From Desulfobacterales bacterium (lineage in GTDB: Bacteria; Desulfobacterota; Desulfobacteria; Desulfobacterales; UBA2174), in assembly GCA_963668645.2 (NCBI GenBank), contig CAXXWC010000002.1:85024-149023 (forward strand): 64,000 nt of DNA, given 5' to 3'. Positions 29,240 through 38,644 of this stretch are shown here, piece after piece (position 1 is the first letter of the stretch; the number at the start of each line of letters is the position of its first letter). Both the position numbers and the translations under genes were made by a program. The notes beneath the pieces are model-generated. The model was not told the origin of the DNA, ran no database searches, and saw only the letters and a list, made by a program, of their open reading frames with translations.

Positions 29240-29406
29240 GGTGCGGCCCCTTCTCCTTACGAATCCTTGGCCTTGGCCTCCCACCAAGACAACCCACTGC
29301 GAACATTTCCTGTCTGGTGATACGCGGTGCCGTGAGAGGACATCCGTTCCGAGCCTTGAACCAATCATACCACCGGATTTTGCCAGATGGGGACAAAACC
29401 GTCCCG

Positions 29407-29459
29407 AAAAAACAGCAAAGCCCGCTTCGCAAGAACGTAACATTCTCGCAAGGCGGGCT
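29407..29459 (-). terminator. Probable intrinsic terminator
   Basis: GCCCGCCTTGCGAGAATG...CGTTCTTGCGAAGCGGGC hairpin followed by TTTGCTGTTTTTT on the minus strand. Confidence 0.6.
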
Positions 29460-29590
29460 CTCTACGGACCGGCTATCCACCAGTTTGCTGCCACAATGCC
29501 TCTCCCTTTGGTTTGGGGGTCAACGGCTGGTGCAGATTACTATAGATGGCCCTAAATTTCAACGAGCCCTTTCCGGGCGGTTCACAAGAG

Positions 29591-29688
29591 AAAGGACCCA
29601 AAGGACATCAGGGACAAAAGGGACCCGAAGAACGATCGGGGCTTGTTTTTTCGTCCTTTCAGTCCTTTTGGTCCCTTTGGTCCTTTTT
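29591..29688. repeat. Inverted nonamer tandem-repeat hairpin downstream of the four-helix-bundle gene
   Basis: AAAGGACCC AAAGGACAT CAGGGACAA AAGGGACCC ... GTCCTTTCA GTCCTTTTG GTCCCTTTG GTCCTTTTT. Confidence 0.88.
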
Positions 29689-29750
29689 GGATGTCTGCCG
29701 GAGATCGCTTTTGATGAGGCATTTTTTGGAAGATAGCTTTCCAGGCACCA

Positions 29751-30356
29751 TCATTTTTTCGCCGGCTTAAAGCCGTCCGGTTCTCTGCCGCGCCGATTCC
29801 CTCGCTGCCGATCACGGTGGTTCAGCCGTGCGCGGGTCATGCGCTCGCTCAACCCGCCCTGCGCCACAAACGCTTGTTCCAGTTGGGCGATCTGCCGGTC
29901 GAGCAGGTAGGTGGTCACCTTGACGAGGCCGATGATCACATTGGCGGCGATGGCCGGATCTTCGTGTTCGATGCCTTTGCGGAAAGTATCGTACTCGGCG
30001 TCGGGCTGACGATTCAGCTCGCGCAGTCGCCTGGCATAGGGGTGGTCCCGGCCCCACTCGGACAGGCCGCGTGAGCGCAGAAAATCGCGGTAGTCTTCCA
30101 GCAGTTCGCCCAGGCTGGCCCGGGCCACATTGGTCAACTTGATCTCGGTCTTCTTGGAGGTGGCGGACGCTAGGCTGCCTTCGATGATGTTCTGCTTTCC
30201 GGAGCGCGCCGCCTGCACCATCTGGTCCACCGTGCGGTCACGCTTGTTGAAAAAGCGCGCGCAGAATCTGACCGTGGCGTCGTAAACGATCCTGGCCTTC
30301 TGGTAGGAGAGCAGCTTTTCGTAACCCCCGTGGGGCGGGATGAAGCCTTCGGGCAT
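29751..30356 (-). CDS. Four helix bundle protein with suffix domain (TIGR04258-type)
   Basis: GGYEKLLSYQKA, RTVDQMVQAARSGKQNIIEG, VARASLGELLEDY, GGLSERMTRAR. Confidence 0.9.
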   Translation of the reverse strand: MPEGFIPPHGGYEKLLSYQKARIVYDATVRFCARFFNKRDRTVDQMVQAARSGKQNIIEGSLASATSKKTEIKLTNVARASLGELLEDYRDFLRSRGLSEWGRDHPYARRLRELNRQPDAEYDTFRKGIEHEDPAIAANVIIGLVKVTTYLLDRQIAQLEQAFVAQGGLSERMTRARLNHRDRQRGNRRGREPDGFKPAKK

Positions 30357-30378
30357 GGGGTGCTCCTGGGGAAAGAGA

Positions 30379-30464
30379 AAAAGACCCAAAAGACAACAAG
30401 GACATAAAGGACCTGGGTTGCGGCCGCCGTCCTTCAGGTCCTTTAAGTCCTTTTGGTCCCTTTG
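30379..30464. repeat. Inverted nonamer tandem-repeat hairpin upstream of the four-helix-bundle gene
   Basis: AAAAGACCC AAAAGACAA CAAGGACAT AAAGGACCT ... GTCCTTCAG GTCCTTTAA GTCCTTTTG GTCCCTTTG. Confidence 0.88.
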
Positions 30465-30524
30465 AGATCAGCCAGGAATCAGACTTACCCTATCCCCCAC
30501 CTCAGCCAATGTCAAAGCCGCGCG

Positions 30525-31469
30525 TCACCAAACCGCCCACCACACTGCCAAAAGAGCCGCCAGCAAGGTCGTGAGCACCATCAGGTGGCAGGCGAGGCGG
30601 ATGTCGGCAATGGCCACTTCTCTGAATTCTTCGCCGATAAACGGTTTTTCCACCAGCTGCCCGTGGTAGTGGTTGGGGCCGCCGAGGCGCACCCCAAGGG
30701 CACCGGCAAAGGCGGCTTCGGGGAACCCGGAATTCGGGCTGGCGTGGCGCCGGGAGTCGCGCCGGCCGATGCGCCAGGCCTGCCCCCCGCGGCGGAAGCC
30801 GAGCCGGGCAGCGGCAACGATCAGCGGCAGGCTGAGGCGCGCCGGGATGAAGTTGGCCGCATCGTCCAGGTGGGCTGCGGCGCGCCCGAACTCGATATAG
30901 CGCGGGCTGCGATAGCCCACCATGGAATCGAGGGTGTTGACCATCTTGTAGGCCATGGCCAGGGGGGGGCCGCCCAGCAGGGCGAAGAAAAGCGGGGCAA
31001 CAATCCCGTCCACCAGGTTTTCGGCCACCGTCTCCACCGCGGCCCGGGCCACGGCGGATTCATCCAGGCGGTCGGTTTCGCGGCCCACGATCATGGACAC
31101 CGCCTTGCGGGCCGCCTCCAGGTCGCCCTGGCGTAGCGGGGCTTCGACTCCCATGGCAGCAGCGTAAAGAGAGCGCGCCGAAAGGCAGGTCCAGAGCATC
31201 ACGGCCTGCACCACGATGCCCAGCAGCGGATGGATCCACCCGGCCAGGGCTGCCATGATCGCTGCCAGGGCCCAGGTCCCCGGGACCAGGATCAGCACAA
31301 GCAGCCGTCCGGCGTTGGGCACGGAAAGCCGGCTCGCGCGCAGGCGCGCTTCGAGCCGCTCGACGGCCCGTCCCATCCAGCGTACCGGGTGGGGCCAGTG
31401 GGGCGGGTCGCCCAGGGCCAGGTCGAGGATAAAGGCGGTGGCAATCACCCAGGCCAGAGGGTTGCTCAT
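30525..31469 (-). CDS. cbiB: Adenosylcobinamide-phosphate synthase
   Basis: LGDP..WPHPV, IVGRET, ETVAENLVDG, NTLDSMVGY, SPNSGFPEAA. Confidence 0.94.
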   Translation of the reverse strand: MSNPLAWVIATAFILDLALGDPPHWPHPVRWMGRAVERLEARLRASRLSVPNAGRLLVLILVPGTWALAAIMAALAGWIHPLLGIVVQAVMLWTCLSARSLYAAAMGVEAPLRQGDLEAARKAVSMIVGRETDRLDESAVARAAVETVAENLVDGIVAPLFFALLGGPPLAMAYKMVNTLDSMVGYRSPRYIEFGRAAAHLDDAANFIPARLSLPLIVAAARLGFRRGGQAWRIGRRDSRRHASPNSGFPEAAFAGALGVRLGGPNHYHGQLVEKPFIGEEFREVAIADIRLACHLMVLTTLLAALLAVWWAVW

Positions 31470-31477
31470 CACAAGGT

Positions 31478-32551
31478 TCAGCCTTTCAAAAGTGAGAAAA
31501 GACAATCCAGGGCCCGGTCGTTGACGGCCCGCTTCTTGAGCGAAAAACGCACGTATTGCGGTCCGAGGCCGACGAAGTTGGCGGCGTTGCGGATCAGGAT
31601 GCGCTCCTGGGCCAGGGCCTGCCAGACCCGGTCTGCGGTAAACGGTGGATCCAGCCGGGCCAATATAAAGGAGGTGCCGCTGTCAAAGGTCCGGATCTGC
31701 TCCAGGCCTGCCAGGCGTTGAAAAAAGTGGGCTCTTTCGGCTTCCAGAAAACGGCGCGTCTGGTCCACAAAGGCGGCCACCGCCTGGGGCTGGGCCCCGA
31801 TGAATTCCACCGCAGCCTGGGCCAGGGCATTGACGCTCCAGGGGATGCGCAAGGCGGCCAGGTGCCCGATGAGATCCGGGTCTCCGGACACAAAGCCGAT
31901 GCGCAGCCCGGGGATGCGGTGGATCTTGCTCAGGGAGCTGAGTACCAGCATGTTTGGCGATCCCCTGCCGGCCAGGGAAGAAGCCGCCCCGACAAAGGGC
32001 AGGTAGGATTCGTCCACCAAAAAGGTGCAGCGGCGATGGGCCGCGGCCAGTTCGAGCAGGGCCGGCCCATCTATCAGTCGGCCGGTGGGATTGTTGGGAT
32101 TGCAGATAAAGACCAGGTCCCCGTCTTCCAGGTCTGCAGCCAGGCGCTCCAGCGGCGGCCGGAATCCATCATCCGGTCCGGCCAGGACATGGTGCAGCGG
32201 GGCCCCGGCCAGGCGGCAGGCATCGGCATAGTCGGCGTAGGTCGGCCCCAGGATCACGGCCCGCCTGGGGCGCAGGGCCCTGGGCAGCAGGTAGAGGATC
32301 TCGGTGGAGCCGTTGCCGGCCAGGACCTGTTGCGGCAACAGGCCGCAGGTCTTGGCAAAGGCGGCCGTCATGGCGGCCGCATCCACCTCGGGCAGGGCCC
32401 GGATCCGTTCCAGGCGGTGTTGCAGGCAATCCATCAGTTCGGGCATGGGACCGAGGGGATTGACGTTGCTGCTCATGTCGTCGATGGCGTCCGGATCGCA
32501 GCCTAACCGGAGGGCCAGTTCGTGGATGTTGCCGCCGTGGCCGCGGATCAT
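31478..32551 (-). CDS. cobD: L-threonine-O-3-phosphate decarboxylase
   Basis: HGGN, SSNVNPLG, NPNNPTG, SLSK...GLRIG (PLP class I/II); ATGA overlap with cobS. Confidence 0.9.
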   Translation of the reverse strand: MIRGHGGNIHELALRLGCDPDAIDDMSSNVNPLGPMPELMDCLQHRLERIRALPEVDAAAMTAAFAKTCGLLPQQVLAGNGSTEILYLLPRALRPRRAVILGPTYADYADACRLAGAPLHHVLAGPDDGFRPPLERLAADLEDGDLVFICNPNNPTGRLIDGPALLELAAAHRRCTFLVDESYLPFVGAASSLAGRGSPNMLVLSSLSKIHRIPGLRIGFVSGDPDLIGHLAALRIPWSVNALAQAAVEFIGAQPQAVAAFVDQTRRFLEAERAHFFQRLAGLEQIRTFDSGTSFILARLDPPFTADRVWQALAQERILIRNAANFVGLGPQYVRFSLKKRAVNDRALDCLFSLLKG

Positions 32552-33318
32552 GGGACACCTCCCGCCAGGGCGACGAAAAGCAGCGCTTCGCAAACCTCGT
32601 TCAACGCCCCGAGCATGTCCCCGGTGATTCCGCCCATGCGGCGGCGGTAATAGGGAATGGCGATGGCCAGGGCCGCGGCCCAAAGCCCCCAGAGCAAAAG
32701 AGCGCGCCACCCGAGCAGCAGTGAAAGGGCCAGGGGCAGCAAAAACGCACCAAAATGCCACGGCCCCAGAGGCGCTTCGAAAAAGGCCTGGCCCGTGCCG
32801 GAGCTGCGGGCGTAGGGCAAACGGTCGATGGCCACCATCATGGCGCAGCGGGCCATACAGGGGACCAGCATCAGGCCCAGGATCCGCTGGTGGCTCAGTG
32901 TGCCGATGGCCGCGGCCTTGACGATGAGCACCACGGCCACGGCCACCAGCCCCATGGCCCCTACCCGGCTGTCCTTCATGATTTCCAGGGCCCGTTCACG
33001 CCGGTGCGAACCGAGCAGGCCGTCGGCCGTGTCGGCCAGCCCGTCCAGATGCAGGGCCCCGGTCACCGCGGCCAGCAGGGCCACGTCCAGCGCCGCTGCC
33101 ACCGGGGCCGGCAGGAAAAATCCCGCCAGATAATCGAAGGCCGAGACCAGTGCCCCGATGACGAGCCCGGCCACCGGGAAAAAGACAAAGACCGGCCCCG
33201 GCGCAAACCTGGCCGGCGGCCCCAGGGGCAGGATGGTGAGAAACTGCAAGGCCCCCACCAGGCCCTCGAAAAGGGAAGGCTTGGGCAGAGGATTTTGCAC
33301 AGAGTCATAATCGCTCAT
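32548..33318 (-). CDS. cobS: Adenosylcobinamide-GDP ribazoletransferase (cobalamin synthase)
   Basis: TGALHLDGLADTADG, IMKDSRVG, GGITGDMLGA. Confidence 0.95.
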   Translation of the reverse strand: MSDYDSVQNPLPKPSLFEGLVGALQFLTILPLGPPARFAPGPVFVFFPVAGLVIGALVSAFDYLAGFFLPAPVAAALDVALLAAVTGALHLDGLADTADGLLGSHRRERALEIMKDSRVGAMGLVAVAVVLIVKAAAIGTLSHQRILGLMLVPCMARCAMMVAIDRLPYARSSGTGQAFFEAPLGPWHFGAFLLPLALSLLLGWRALLLWGLWAAALAIAIPYYRRRMGGITGDMLGALNEVCEALLFVALAGGVP

Positions 33319-33329
33319 CGAAACGCTTT

Positions 33330-33863
33330 CTATTCGCCGCTTGGCGCTTGTTTGACGGTCACACCGATCCCGGCCACCATCCAGACCACTTTTTGACAGG
33401 CCGTGGCGATACGCTGGTTCACCAGGCCGGCCAGGTCCCGGAAGCGGCGCGCCACCTTGTTTTCAGGAACGATGCCGCCGCCCACTTCGTTGCTCACCAG
33501 GATCACGCGGCCCTTGGCGGCCGCCAGCAGCCGGGCCAGGTCTTCCGCACGGGCTTCGATTTCGGCGTCCTCGAGGTCGGCGGCCATCAGGTTGCTGGTC
33601 CAGAGGGTCAGACAGTCGACCAGGATCACCCGGTCCATGGCGTCCTGCCGGCTCACCACCCCGGAAAGGTCTAGGGGTTCTTCCAGCGTCTGCCAGGTAT
33701 CGTCCCGCTCGGCCCGGTGGCGGGCCACCCGGGCGACCATCTCTGAATCGTGGGGCACACAGGTGGCCACAAAGAGCCGCCGCCCCTCACCGGCCCGGGC
33801 CAGTTCCAGGGCCTGGCGGCTCTTGCCGCTGCGGCAGCCGCCGATCACCAGGATCGCGCTCAT
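33330..33863 (-). CDS. cobU: Adenosylcobinamide kinase / guanylyltransferase
   Basis: GGCRSGKS, LVDCLTLW, VSNEVG, RRFRDLAG. Confidence 0.95.
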   Translation of the reverse strand: MSAILVIGGCRSGKSRQALELARAGEGRRLFVATCVPHDSEMVARVARHRAERDDTWQTLEEPLDLSGVVSRQDAMDRVILVDCLTLWTSNLMAADLEDAEIEARAEDLARLLAAAKGRVILVSNEVGGGIVPENKVARRFRDLAGLVNQRIATACQKVVWMVAGIGVTVKQAPSGE

Positions 33864-33915
33864 GGCGCCTCCTTTTGAAGTAGAATCGTGAACGCATGAA
33901 GATGTGGAATCAGCA

Positions 33916-35430
33916 TCAAAGCCCCATGAGTGCCATCAGGGCCGGCACATCCACGTGGGCCTCGAAATGGTCGGCCAGCCGGTCGTAGGCCCGGTCCCGG
34001 GCCGCCGGCCCGTAGGACTGGTCCGCCCCCAGGTGACCCAGCCCAAGCCCGGCCAGATAGCAGCGCACCGTTGCCGGCGAATCGAAAAGGCCGTGCAGGT
34101 AGGTCCCCAGGATGCGCCCGTCGCCGCTGCGGCACCCGTCCTCCTGATGGCATGCAACCCCGTTGCGGGCCGAGATCTGCACCAGGGCCTCACCGCCGGT
34201 GCGCCGGGTCTGGCCCATGTGGATTTCATAGCCTTCCCCCTGGGCCTCGCCCCACTGGAAACGGGTGCGGGTGGTGGTCTTGGGCGCCTGGAGAACCGTT
34301 TCCACCGGGAGCAGGTCGAGGCCGGGGCTGGTGCCCGGAGATCCTTCGTGCCCGTGGGGATCGTCCACCTGCCGGCCGAGCATCTGGTACCCGCCGCAGA
34401 CCCCGAGTACATGGCCGCCGGCGGCCGCATGGGCCCGGATCTTGCGGGTCCATCCGCGCTGGTCGAGCCAGGCCAGGTCGTGGCGTGTGTTCTTCGATCC
34501 GGGCAAAATCACGGCCGCCTCCGGGGGCAGGTCGGCCGGATCTTCCGCGTAGGCCAGGCCCAGCCCGGGAATATCCTGCAAGGGCTCGAAATCGGTGAAG
34601 TTGCTGATATGGGGCAGGCGCACCACCACCACCTTGGGGGCCGGGCCCCGGGCCCCTTTGGCGGGCCGGGGGGCCTCGATGACCACCGAGTCCTCGGCCT
34701 CGATGCGAAAATCGCTGTACCAGGGCAGGACCCCGAATACCGGCTTGCCGGTGCGTTCCTCGATCCAGCGCACCCCGTCTGTGAAAAGAGAGATATCGCC
34801 TCTGAAACGGTTGACGATAAAACCGGCGATGCGCGCGGCCTGGTCAGGATTCAGACAGGCCAGGGTCCCCACGATCTGGGCAAAGACCCCGCCCTTGTGG
34901 ATGTCGGCCACCAGGACCACCGGGGCCCCGGCATAGGCGGCCATGGGCAGGTTGACCAGGTCATGGGCCATGAGGTTGACCTCGGCGCAGGAGCCGGCCC
35001 CTTCCAGAATCACCGCCTGGTACTCCCGGCGCAGGCGATCGAGGGCCTGGCGGGCCGCCTGCTCCAAACCTTCCTTTTGCCGGTGGTACGCGGCGGCCGA
35101 GCTATTGGCATGCACCTGTCCCAGGAGCACCACCTGGCTGCCCACATCGCTGGTGGGCTTGAGCAGGATGGGGTTCATGTCCACCTGGGGAGCGATGCCG
35201 GCCGCCTCGGCCTGAACGATCTGGGCCCGGCCCATCTCGAGGCCTTCGGCCGTGACCCCGGAATTGTTGGACATGTTCTGGGCCTTGTAGGGGGCCACCT
35301 GCACCCCGCGGCGCACCAGGACCCGGCACAGGGCCGTGGCCACCACGCTCTTGCCCACCTCCGAGCCGGTTCCCAGCACCGCCAGGCACCTTGCCGGTGC
35401 TGCGCTATTTTTCGATTCCCTGCCTGGCAT
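33916..35430 (-). CDS. cobQ: Cobyric acid synthase
   Basis: GTGSEVGKS, PYKAQNMSNN, EGAGSCAE, ISNFTDF, GVCGGYQMLG, GTYLHGLF. Confidence 0.95.
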   Translation of the reverse strand: MPGRESKNSAAPARCLAVLGTGSEVGKSVVATALCRVLVRRGVQVAPYKAQNMSNNSGVTAEGLEMGRAQIVQAEAAGIAPQVDMNPILLKPTSDVGSQVVLLGQVHANSSAAAYHRQKEGLEQAARQALDRLRREYQAVILEGAGSCAEVNLMAHDLVNLPMAAYAGAPVVLVADIHKGGVFAQIVGTLACLNPDQAARIAGFIVNRFRGDISLFTDGVRWIEERTGKPVFGVLPWYSDFRIEAEDSVVIEAPRPAKGARGPAPKVVVVRLPHISNFTDFEPLQDIPGLGLAYAEDPADLPPEAAVILPGSKNTRHDLAWLDQRGWTRKIRAHAAAGGHVLGVCGGYQMLGRQVDDPHGHEGSPGTSPGLDLLPVETVLQAPKTTTRTRFQWGEAQGEGYEIHMGQTRRTGGEALVQISARNGVACHQEDGCRSGDGRILGTYLHGLFDSPATVRCYLAGLGLGHLGADQSYGPAARDRAYDRLADHFEAHVDVPALMALMGL

Positions 35431-35929
35431 GGACCCCTGCCTCGTAGTAGTGGCGCACGGCCTTCATTTCGGTGACCAGGTCGGCGACGGCCATCAGTTC
35501 CGGACTCGCCCCCCGTCCGGTCAGGACCAGCTCCACCGCAGCCGGTTTTTCCTTTACCAGAGCGAGCAATTCGTCGACGCTCACCAGCCCCATGGCGGCC
35601 GCCACGTTGGCCTCGTCGAGGATCACCAGGTCGTAGTGCCCCTCTGTGAGCGCCTGCCGGGCCGCTGAAAGCCCCTGGGCCGCCAGGGCCCGGTCCTTTT
35701 CATCGGGACGGCCGCGGATCAGGCGCCCGCTGCCGAACTGGACCACCGTGACCCGGTCCCCCAGGGCCTTGAGGGCCTGGATTTCGCTGTAGTCGCCGTT
35801 TTTGAGAAACTGGCCGATAAAGACCCGCAGTCCGGCGCCGGCGGCCCGCAGGGCAAGGCCCAATGAAGCGGTGGTCTTGCCTTTGCCGTCGCCGGTATAA
35901 ATCTGAACATACCCTTTTGAAAGTCCCAT
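35405..35929 (-). CDS. cobO: Cob(I)yrinate a,c-diamide adenosyltransferase (BtuR/CobO)
   Basis: YTGDGKGKTT, LVILDE, ELVLTGR, ADLVTEM. Confidence 0.94.
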   Translation of the reverse strand: MGLSKGYVQIYTGDGKGKTTASLGLALRAAGAGLRVFIGQFLKNGDYSEIQALKALGDRVTVVQFGSGRLIRGRPDEKDRALAAQGLSAARQALTEGHYDLVILDEANVAAAMGLVSVDELLALVKEKPAAVELVLTGRGASPELMAVADLVTEMKAVRHYYEAGVHARQGIEK

Positions 35930-35953
35930 TTTTCCCCTTTCCGAACAGGAGGT

Positions 35954-36817
35954 TCAGATGGTGTATTTTTGCCCGTAGCCCCTGGGGGTGACCATGAATT
36001 GGCCATAGTGCACGGAGGCCCGTGATCCGATGAAAACGATGGTCTGCATGTCCACCGGGGCCTGGTCGAGTTGGGCCAGCGTGATGATCTGCACGCGCTG
36101 GTTCTCGCGGCTCGCTCCGGTGACGATTCCGGTGGGGGTGGCCCCGTCGCGGTGGCGCATGACGATCTCACGGGCCCGGTCCAGGTGGCCGGTGCGGCGC
36201 CGGCTCTTGGGATTGTAGAGCACGATGACGAAATCGGCCCGGGCCGCGGCATCCAGGCGGGTTTCGATGGTCTGCCACGGGGTGAGCAGATCGCTGAGAC
36301 TGATCACGGCAAAATCGTGGGTCAGGGGGGCCCCGAGCAGGGCCGCCCCGGCGCACAGGGCCGGAATCCCGGGCACCACCTCGATGCGCAGCCCCTGGTC
36401 TGGGTCGCCGTCGGGGCCCACCACCGCCATCTTGCGGTGCGCGCAGATTTCGAACACCAGCCCGGCCATGGCGTAGATCCCCGGATCGCCGCTGGAGACC
36501 AGGACGCAGCGCCCCCCGGCCGCCGCGGTCTCCAGGGCCGTCTCGACCCGCTCGACCTCTTTCATCATGGGCGTGGCCAGGACCTGGCGCGCCCCGATCA
36601 GGGGGCGTATCAGATCGATGTAGGTGGTGTATCCCACCACGGTATCGGCTGCCTTCAGGACGGTGCGGGCCCGTTCGGAGAGGTGCTCTTCGGCGCCGGG
36701 TCCGATGCCCACGATGTACAGTCCCTGCGGGCAATCGCTGCCGTGGCGTTGGCCGTCTTGTGTTTGGGGACGATCAGGCGTCCCCCCCGGGCTCCCAGAA
36801 TCGCGGCTGCTTCGCAT
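35954..36817 (-). CDS. cbiH: Precorrin-3B C17-methyltransferase
   Basis: VGIGPG, SSGDPGIYAM, GAPLTHDF, SLSDLLTPW, TPRGY. Confidence 0.92.
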   Translation of the reverse strand: MRSSRDSGSPGGTPDRPQTQDGQRHGSDCPQGLYIVGIGPGAEEHLSERARTVLKAADTVVGYTTYIDLIRPLIGARQVLATPMMKEVERVETALETAAAGGRCVLVSSGDPGIYAMAGLVFEICAHRKMAVVGPDGDPDQGLRIEVVPGIPALCAGAALLGAPLTHDFAVISLSDLLTPWQTIETRLDAAARADFVIVLYNPKSRRRTGHLDRAREIVMRHRDGATPTGIVTGASRENQRVQIITLAQLDQAPVDMQTIVFIGSRASVHYGQFMVTPRGYGQKYTI

Positions 36818-37764
36818 ACGCTGCTTACTCCCACATGTTTTTGCACCACCGCCGAGGGGTTGGCGACACCCTCCACCCGGGCCAGTTCCTCCCGGCGGTA
36901 GACGCTCAGGCCGAGGCCCAACCTGGCGGCCGCTTCGCGCAGCCCCGGTTCGTCGGCCTTGATATCGATGGTGGCCAGCAAGGCCAGGCTCAAAGGCGAA
37001 ATTCGATGCCGGTCCAGGACCTGGTGGATCAGATCGAGAATTTCACTCGCCGCGGTATCCCGGTTGCAGCCGACCCCGGCCACCAGGGACGGGGGGCGCA
37101 ATACCAGGATTCGAGACGGCAGGTCAAGGCACCGGTCGTCGACCCAAACCCCGGGACGGCCGGCATTTTCGGACGCAAGCAGACCGGCCTCCTGCCGCGG
37201 GATCCGGCAATAGCAAGAAGATGGCAGGGCCCCGTCAAACCATCCGTGCGGGTCGAAAAGATCGATGGTTTCACCGGCCAGCAGGGCCATGCTCACCGCC
37301 TTGATGGCCCCGGGGTTTTCGATGGCCAGCCCCCTTTCCACGGCGATGGCATCGACGGCCGGCAGGCCGCGCACATCCGTGGCGGTGGTGATCACCGCTT
37401 GGGCGCCGCAGATGCGGGCCGTTTCCTCGGCCAGGCGGTTGGCGCCGCCGATGTGTCCGGAAACCAGGCTCACGGCCCAGTGCCCGGCCTCGTCCACCAC
37501 CACCACGGCCGGATCCACGCTCTTGTGGCGCAGCAGCGGGGCGATGAGGCGCACCACGATCCCGGCGGCCATCACGAAGACATGCCCCCTGTAGCGGCCG
37601 AAGGCGCCGGTGACGGCCGATCGCAGCCCGTCGAAGGGCTGGCAGCCGTCCACCGCGGCCTGGCGCGGCGCGAAACAGTCGGCCCGGCCCAAACCGATGG
37701 CGATGCGGCGGGCCAATTCCACCCCTTGAGGTGTCAGGGCCCAGACGGCGAACTTTTCTTTCAT
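36655..37764 (-). CDS. cbiG: Cobalt-precorrin-5A hydrolase
   Basis: MAAGIVVR, DPAVVVVDE, GHIGGAN, ITTATD, GVGCNR, SVCEAAA. Confidence 0.93.
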   Translation of the reverse strand: MKEKFAVWALTPQGVELARRIAIGLGRADCFAPRQAAVDGCQPFDGLRSAVTGAFGRYRGHVFVMAAGIVVRLIAPLLRHKSVDPAVVVVDEAGHWAVSLVSGHIGGANRLAEETARICGAQAVITTATDVRGLPAVDAIAVERGLAIENPGAIKAVSMALLAGETIDLFDPHGWFDGALPSSCYCRIPRQEAGLLASENAGRPGVWVDDRCLDLPSRILVLRPPSLVAGVGCNRDTAASEILDLIHQVLDRHRISPLSLALLATIDIKADEPGLREAAARLGLGLSVYRREELARVEGVANPSAVVQKHVGVSSVCEAAAILGARGGRLIVPKHKTANATAAIARRDCTSWASDPAPKSTSPNGPAPS

Positions 37765-37771
37765 CCCTGCC

Positions 37772-38563
37772 CTACCCCATCTTCTCGGTTCCTTTCCGGT
37801 ACCCATGACTGAAGCCCGCGTCGTAGAGCTTGGAGCGCAGCTCCGCACCGGTGCTGCGCGCCTCCAGGGCCGGGCTGATGACGATCAGGGCCTGGCGCTG
37901 GATCCCGGACTGGCGCACCGCTTCGGCCAGACCTGCCGCCGTGGTGTGCAGGATCCGTTCGTCCGGGTGGCTGGCCTTTTGGACCACCGCGCAGGGGGCA
38001 TCCGGGCCGTAAGCCTCGGCCAGCACGGCCCCCACCTGGTCGATCATGGCCATGCTCAGATAGATCGCCATGGAGGCCCGGTGGGCGGCCAGGGCGCGCA
38101 GACTCTCGGCCTCGGGCACCGGGGTGCGCCCGGCCATGCGGGTCATCACCAGGGTCTGGGTCCGTTCGGGCAGGGTGTATTCGATGCCCAGGGTTGCCGC
38201 GGCGGCAAAGGCCGCCGTCACCCCGGGAATCACTTCGAAGGGAATTTTTTTCTTTTCCAGGGCCTGGAACTGCTCGTGGATGGCGCCGTAGAGGCTCGGG
38301 TCCCCGGTGTGCAAACGCACCACCCGGCGGCCGGCGGTCCAGGCGGCGGCCATGCGCTCCACGATCTGATCCAGGTTCAGCCCGGCGCTGTCGATTTGCT
38401 CACAGGCTTCATCGGTCCACTGGAGCATGGCCCGGGGCACCAGGGACCCGGCGTAAACCACCAGTTCGGCCTGCTCCAGGGCGCGGCGGCCCTTGACGGT
38501 GATCAGTTCCGGGTCCCCGGGCCCGGCGCCCACAAAGAGGATGGGGTTGGCAGCAGCACACAC
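37772..38563 (-). CDS. cbiF: Precorrin-4 C11-methyltransferase
   Basis: GAGPGDPELITVKG, YAGSLV, RLHTGDPSLYG, RSKLYD. Confidence 0.94.
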   Translation of the reverse strand: MCAAANPILFVGAGPGDPELITVKGRRALEQAELVVYAGSLVPRAMLQWTDEACEQIDSAGLNLDQIVERMAAAWTAGRRVVRLHTGDPSLYGAIHEQFQALEKKKIPFEVIPGVTAAFAAAATLGIEYTLPERTQTLVMTRMAGRTPVPEAESLRALAAHRASMAIYLSMAMIDQVGAVLAEAYGPDAPCAVVQKASHPDERILHTTAAGLAEAVRQSGIQRQALIVISPALEARSTGAELRSKLYDAGFSHGYRKGTEKMG

Positions 38564-38644
38564 ATCGTCACCTTAAAATTTATTGTTCATTGTTTAAGGT
38601 TCATTTCCCGGCCGAAAATCGCGTTTTTATGTTGTGACCGGTGC

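Noticed and set aside
29591..30464. CRISPR array
   Set aside because: Units are 8-9 bp contiguous repeats without unique spacers; no cas genes.
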